A stretch of DNA of 37,321 nucleotides, from NCBI GenBank assembly GCA_021107495.1, contig JAIOSR010000244.1:1-37321 (forward strand). Direction: 5' to 3'. Shown here one piece after another: positions 34,726-37,321 of the stretch (its first letter is position 1; each line of letters starts with the position of its first letter). Source of the stretch: Desulfobacterales bacterium. GTDB lineage: Bacteria; Desulfobacterota; DSM-4660; Desulfatiglandales; Desulfatiglandaceae. Under the pieces are notes generated by a model. It saw nothing but the letters and a program-made list of their open reading frames with translations. It was not told the DNA's origin and searched no databases. The translations under genes and the position numbers were made by a program.

Positions 34726-35265
34726 TCAACTCCGAAAAGGCATTCCCAAATGCCTTAATAAAAACAGACCTTCTGCATCGGTTTTTGCCGTTGTCACTAT
34801 GGAAATATTCAGTCCTTTCACCTTGTCTATCTTGTCATAGTCAATCTCGGCGAAAATAATATGTTCCTTAATTCCTATGGTGCAGTTGCCCCGACCATCA
34901 AAGATTTTGTCCGAGAGCCCTCTGAAGTCCCTCACCCGGGCAAGGGCCACATTGAAAACCTTATCCAGAAAATCAAACATCCTGGCACGTCGTAACGTCA
35001 CCATACACCCGATAGGCATCCCTTCACGAAGTTTGAATCCGGCTATGGACTTTTTGGCTTTAGTCACAACTGCCCTTTGACCGGCTATCATCGAAAGTTC
35101 CTCCACGCTGGAGTCAAGGACTTTGATGTTTTGTATAGCCTCTCCCACGCCCATATTTAAGACGACAGATTTTATCCGCGGGACAGCCATAATGCTTTTA
35201 TAGCCGAACTCCTTAATCATAGCGGGTACTACTTCTTCACGGTATTTATCTTTCAACCGAGACAA
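34726..35265 (-). CDS. rplE: 50S ribosomal protein L5
   Basis: [31 protein letters not shown] is present. It uses a TTG start at 35265 with GAGGAGG upstream. Confidence 0.95.
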   Translation of the reverse strand: MSRLKDKYREEVVPAMIKEFGYKSIMAVPRIKSVVLNMGVGEAIQNIKVLDSSVEELSMIAGQRAVVTKAKKSIAGFKLREGMPIGCMVTLRRARMFDFLDKVFNVALARVRDFRGLSDKIFDGRGNCTIGIKEHIIFAEIDYDKIDKVKGLNISIVTTAKTDAEGLFLLRHLGMPFRS

Positions 35266-35316
35266 CCTAACCTCCTCAATACACTGATGTTCTCATATTA
35301 AGAGCAAGACGGGAGA

Positions 35317-35385
35317 CAATTGACCAGGATTTCATTTTCTTAAGTTCTAAACAGTCAATCTTCAATATTCAATAGTCAATCGACA
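35317..35385 (-). repeat. ATTGA-heptad repeat plus GTCAATTG box (copy B) in the rplX-rplE spacer
   Basis: The plus strand has TCAATCT TCAATAT TCAATAG TCAATCG (35355-35382) and CAATTGAC (35317-35324). It shares 15-nt and 12-nt identical stretches with copy A at 28305-28360. Confidence 0.55.
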
Positions 35386-35391
35386 ATCCCA

Positions 35392-35742
35392 TCACTCATC
35401 CATGGATTCGCCGCACTTCTTGCAAGCGCGAACCTTTGAGCCATCCTCGAGTGTACGATTGCCAATTCTCGTAGGCTCAGTACATTTATTACAAACAATC
35501 ATTACATTGGAAATATTCAGAGGCGCTTCCTTTTCGACGATTCCTCCCTGAGCACTCTGCCCGCTTGGTTTTGTATGTTTCTTAACCATATTAACCTTTT
35601 CGACAATCACGCGCCCTTTTTCAGCATCAACTTTCAAAACCGTACCGATCTTGCCTCTCTCTTTTCCAACAATTACAATAACTTTATCATTTTTTTTGAT
35701 CTTAGGATACTTTTTCAGTGCTGTCATCGCCTTAAATGCCAT
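35392..35742 (-). CDS. rplX: 50S ribosomal protein L24 with C-terminal CxxC...CxxC zinc-ribbon-like tail
   Basis: KIKKNDKVIVIVGKERGKIG...GGIVEKEAPLNISNVMIVCNKCTEPTRIG...VRACKKCGE is present. ATG 35742 overlaps the rplN TGA by 1 nt (TGATG). The track ORF starts at TTG 35745. Confidence 0.93.
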   Translation of the reverse strand: MAFKAMTALKKYPKIKKNDKVIVIVGKERGKIGTVLKVDAEKGRVIVEKVNMVKKHTKPSGQSAQGGIVEKEAPLNISNVMIVCNKCTEPTRIGNRTLEDGSKVRACKKCGESMDE

Positions 35743-36110
35743 CAAAGCACCTCCGGGGCCAACGAAATAATTTTCATAAAGTTTTTGGCCCTTAACTCTC
35801 TTGCCACCGGCCCAAAAATCCTGGTCCCGATAGGCTCCCTTTGCTGGTTAATCAAAACGGCTGAGTTATCATCAAATTTAATATAGGACCCGTCCAGTCT
35901 ACGAATCTCTTTGGCCGTCCTGACAATTACGGCTCGAACAACATCTCCCTTTTTGACTTTTGAATTAGGAATTGCTTCTTTCACCGTTACAACAATGATA
36001 TCACCCACACTGGCGTATCTCCTCTTGGAACCGCCTAAGACTTTTATGCAGGAGAGCAATTTCGCCCCGGAATTATCCGCTACCTTTAATTTCGTTTGAG
36101 CCTGTATCAT
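35742..36110 (-). CDS. rplN: 50S ribosomal protein L14
   Basis: [40 protein letters not shown] is present. Confidence 0.96.
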   Translation of the reverse strand: MIQAQTKLKVADNSGAKLLSCIKVLGGSKRRYASVGDIIVVTVKEAIPNSKVKKGDVVRAVIVRTAKEIRRLDGSYIKFDDNSAVLINQQREPIGTRIFGPVARELRAKNFMKIISLAPEVL

Positions 36111-36284
36111 CTCAAAAGCTCCAATGAATTATTCCTATACCCTGACAGGCGCCAATTTCAAACCCTAAAAAGGCGCAGTGCCGTTTCAGATTCAATCCCT
36201 ATTTACAGGGAGTTGTGAAGAAAAGATATTATATTCGGACGGACACTATATAGAGTCCCGTTTTCATTTACAAATGGACACTAC

Positions 36285-36551
36285 TCAGGCTTCGGCTTTG
36301 TTTTTCTGAATAATATCGGAAATCTGCCATCTTTTTCTCTTGCTGATAGGCCTGCTCTCAACAATCCGCACCTTGTCTCCGATCTGGCACCTGTTCTGGG
36401 GATCATGGGCCATATATTTTTTGCGTCTTTTGAGATATTTATTATAGGTACGATGTTTGGTTAACCGTTCCACCAAAACCAAAGCCGTTTTATCCATCCC
36501 GTTTTTAAGAACGGTTCCTATCAATTTTTTCCGCAATCCGCGCTCTGCCAT
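36285..36551 (-). CDS. rpsQ: 30S ribosomal protein S17
   Basis: MAERGLRKKLIGTVLKNGMDKTALVLVERLTKHRTYNKYLKRRKKYMAHD is present. ATG 36551 is preceded by GAGGTG. The track ORF starts two codons upstream at GTG 36557. Confidence 0.93.
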   Translation of the reverse strand: MAERGLRKKLIGTVLKNGMDKTALVLVERLTKHRTYNKYLKRRKKYMAHDPQNRCQIGDKVRIVESRPISKRKRWQISDIIQKNKAEA

Positions 36552-36577
36552 TACCACCTCATACCATTTTTTTGCCC

Positions 36578-36766
36578 TTAAGATTTCAATTCCTTGAGCA
36601 AAGTTTTCACCCGTGCCAGATCTCTCTTTGTTTTGGGAATCATAGCCGTGTTGCCCAATTGTCCCGTGGCCTTCTGGAATCTCAGATTAAACAATTCCTG
36701 AGCCGTTTCCTTTTCTTTTTCCCTGAGCTCTTCTTCAGCTAACGCTCTCAATTGCTTTGCCTTCAT
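36578..36766 (-). CDS. rpmC: 50S ribosomal protein L29
   Basis: [37 protein letters not shown] is present. Confidence 0.93.
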   Translation of the reverse strand: MKAKQLRALAEEELREKEKETAQELFNLRFQKATGQLGNTAMIPKTKRDLARVKTLLKELKS

Positions 36767-36769
36767 CAG

Positions 36770-37180
36770 CTATGACCCTCTGGTTACAAATCGTGTTGCA
36801 AATGGCAGTTTATGCCCGGCCAAACGAAAGGCCTCCCCCGCCACATTCTCATCTACGCCCTCTATTTCGTACAGGATTCTTCCGGGCTTTATCACAGCCA
36901 CCCATCCGTCAGGAGCGCCTTTGCCTTTTCCCATCCTTGTTTCAGCGGGCTTTTTTCCAACAGGTTTGTCCGGAAAAATCCTAATCCAGATCTTTCCACC
37001 CCTCTTTACGTGTCTTGTTACAGCAATCCTTGCCGCTTCTATTTGTTGTGCGGACATATGACCACACTCCACGGCCTGCAATCCATAATCACCGAATTCC
37101 AGACTGCTACCCCGAAAGGCCTTTCCTTTTGTGCGGCCTTTTTGCTTCTTACGATACTTGACTTTTTTTGGGCTTAGCAT
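36770..37180 (-). CDS. rplP: 50S ribosomal protein L16
   Basis: [36 protein letters not shown]...RMGKGKG is present. Confidence 0.96.
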   Translation of the reverse strand: MLSPKKVKYRKKQKGRTKGKAFRGSSLEFGDYGLQAVECGHMSAQQIEAARIAVTRHVKRGGKIWIRIFPDKPVGKKPAETRMGKGKGAPDGWVAVIKPGRILYEIEGVDENVAGEAFRLAGHKLPFATRFVTRGS

Positions 37181-37189
37181 AAACGAGTC

Positions 37190-37321
37190 CTATTCGTTTC
37201 TGTTTTTTTCGGGCAAAATTTCACCCTTGAAAATAATCACTTTAACCCCAATCACTCCGTAGGTCGTGAACGCCTCTGCAAATCCATAATCTATGTCGGC
37301 TCTAATGGTGTGGAGTGGGAC
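37190..37321 (-). CDS. rpsC: 30S ribosomal protein S3, C-terminal 43 codons (5' part outside window)
   Basis: Hand translation of the minus strand gives [43 protein letters not shown] followed by a stop (TAG at 37190-37192). Confidence 0.9.
   Translation of the reverse strand, partial: VPLHTIRADIDYGFAEAFTTYGVIGVKVIIFKGEILPEKNRNE

Noticed and set aside
1-37321. CRISPR arrays, tRNA/rRNA genes, transposases, integrases, toxin-antitoxin or known defence-system genes
   Set aside because: No spaced direct-repeat array, cloverleaf-like sequence, or nuclease/recombinase-like ORF was recognised on either strand. The accessory island shows no mobility genes within the window.

Overview
This 37.3-kb chromosomal window comes from a Gram-negative bacterium. 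Gene content and repeat types suggest a Desulfobacterota/deltaproteobacterial lineage, but that call is low confidence. It has three parts.

(1) Positions ~660-22160 are an accessory envelope/protein-glycosylation island.
- It carries a deoxy-amino-sugar operon: B12-binding radical SAM enzyme, NDP-hexose 2,3-dehydratase, Gfo/Idh/MocA reductase and DegT-type aminotransferase.
- It also carries two GT4 enzymes, two class I methyltransferases and two polyprenyl-phosphate GT2 enzymes.
- There are four intact GT-C membrane glycosyltransferases (two ArnT/PMT-like, one YfhO, one TMTC-like with TPR repeats) and one truncated GT-C remnant.
- A flippase-like membrane protein is also present.

(2) Positions 22186-26633 hold a cysteine-free type IV pilin gene, a repeat-rich regulatory spacer, and a PilR-like sigma-54 response regulator. 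The regulator's start overlaps the end of pyrC, and pyrB precedes pyrC.

(3) Positions 26794-37321 are the minus-strand ribosomal protein cluster: rpsC (partial), rplP, rpmC, rpsQ, rplN, rplX, rplE, rpsZ, rpsH, rplF, rplR, rpsE, rpmD, rplO, secY, infA, rpmJ, rpsM, rpsK, rpsD, rpoA, rplQ.

rpmJ, rpmD and the rpsC 3' end were translated by hand because they fall below the ORF-track cutoff. I recognised no tRNA, rRNA, CRISPR array, transposase or integrase.

The observations most worth follow-up are:
- the multi-GT-C island abutting the pilin gene;
- the actinomycete-style 2,3-dehydratase sugar pathway with a B12-radical SAM enzyme;
- a terminator/attenuator-like leader directly upstream of pyrB;
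- ATTGA-heptad plus GTCAATTG elements shared by two unusually long spacers inside the ribosomal protein operons;
- many TTG start codons on ribosomal protein genes.
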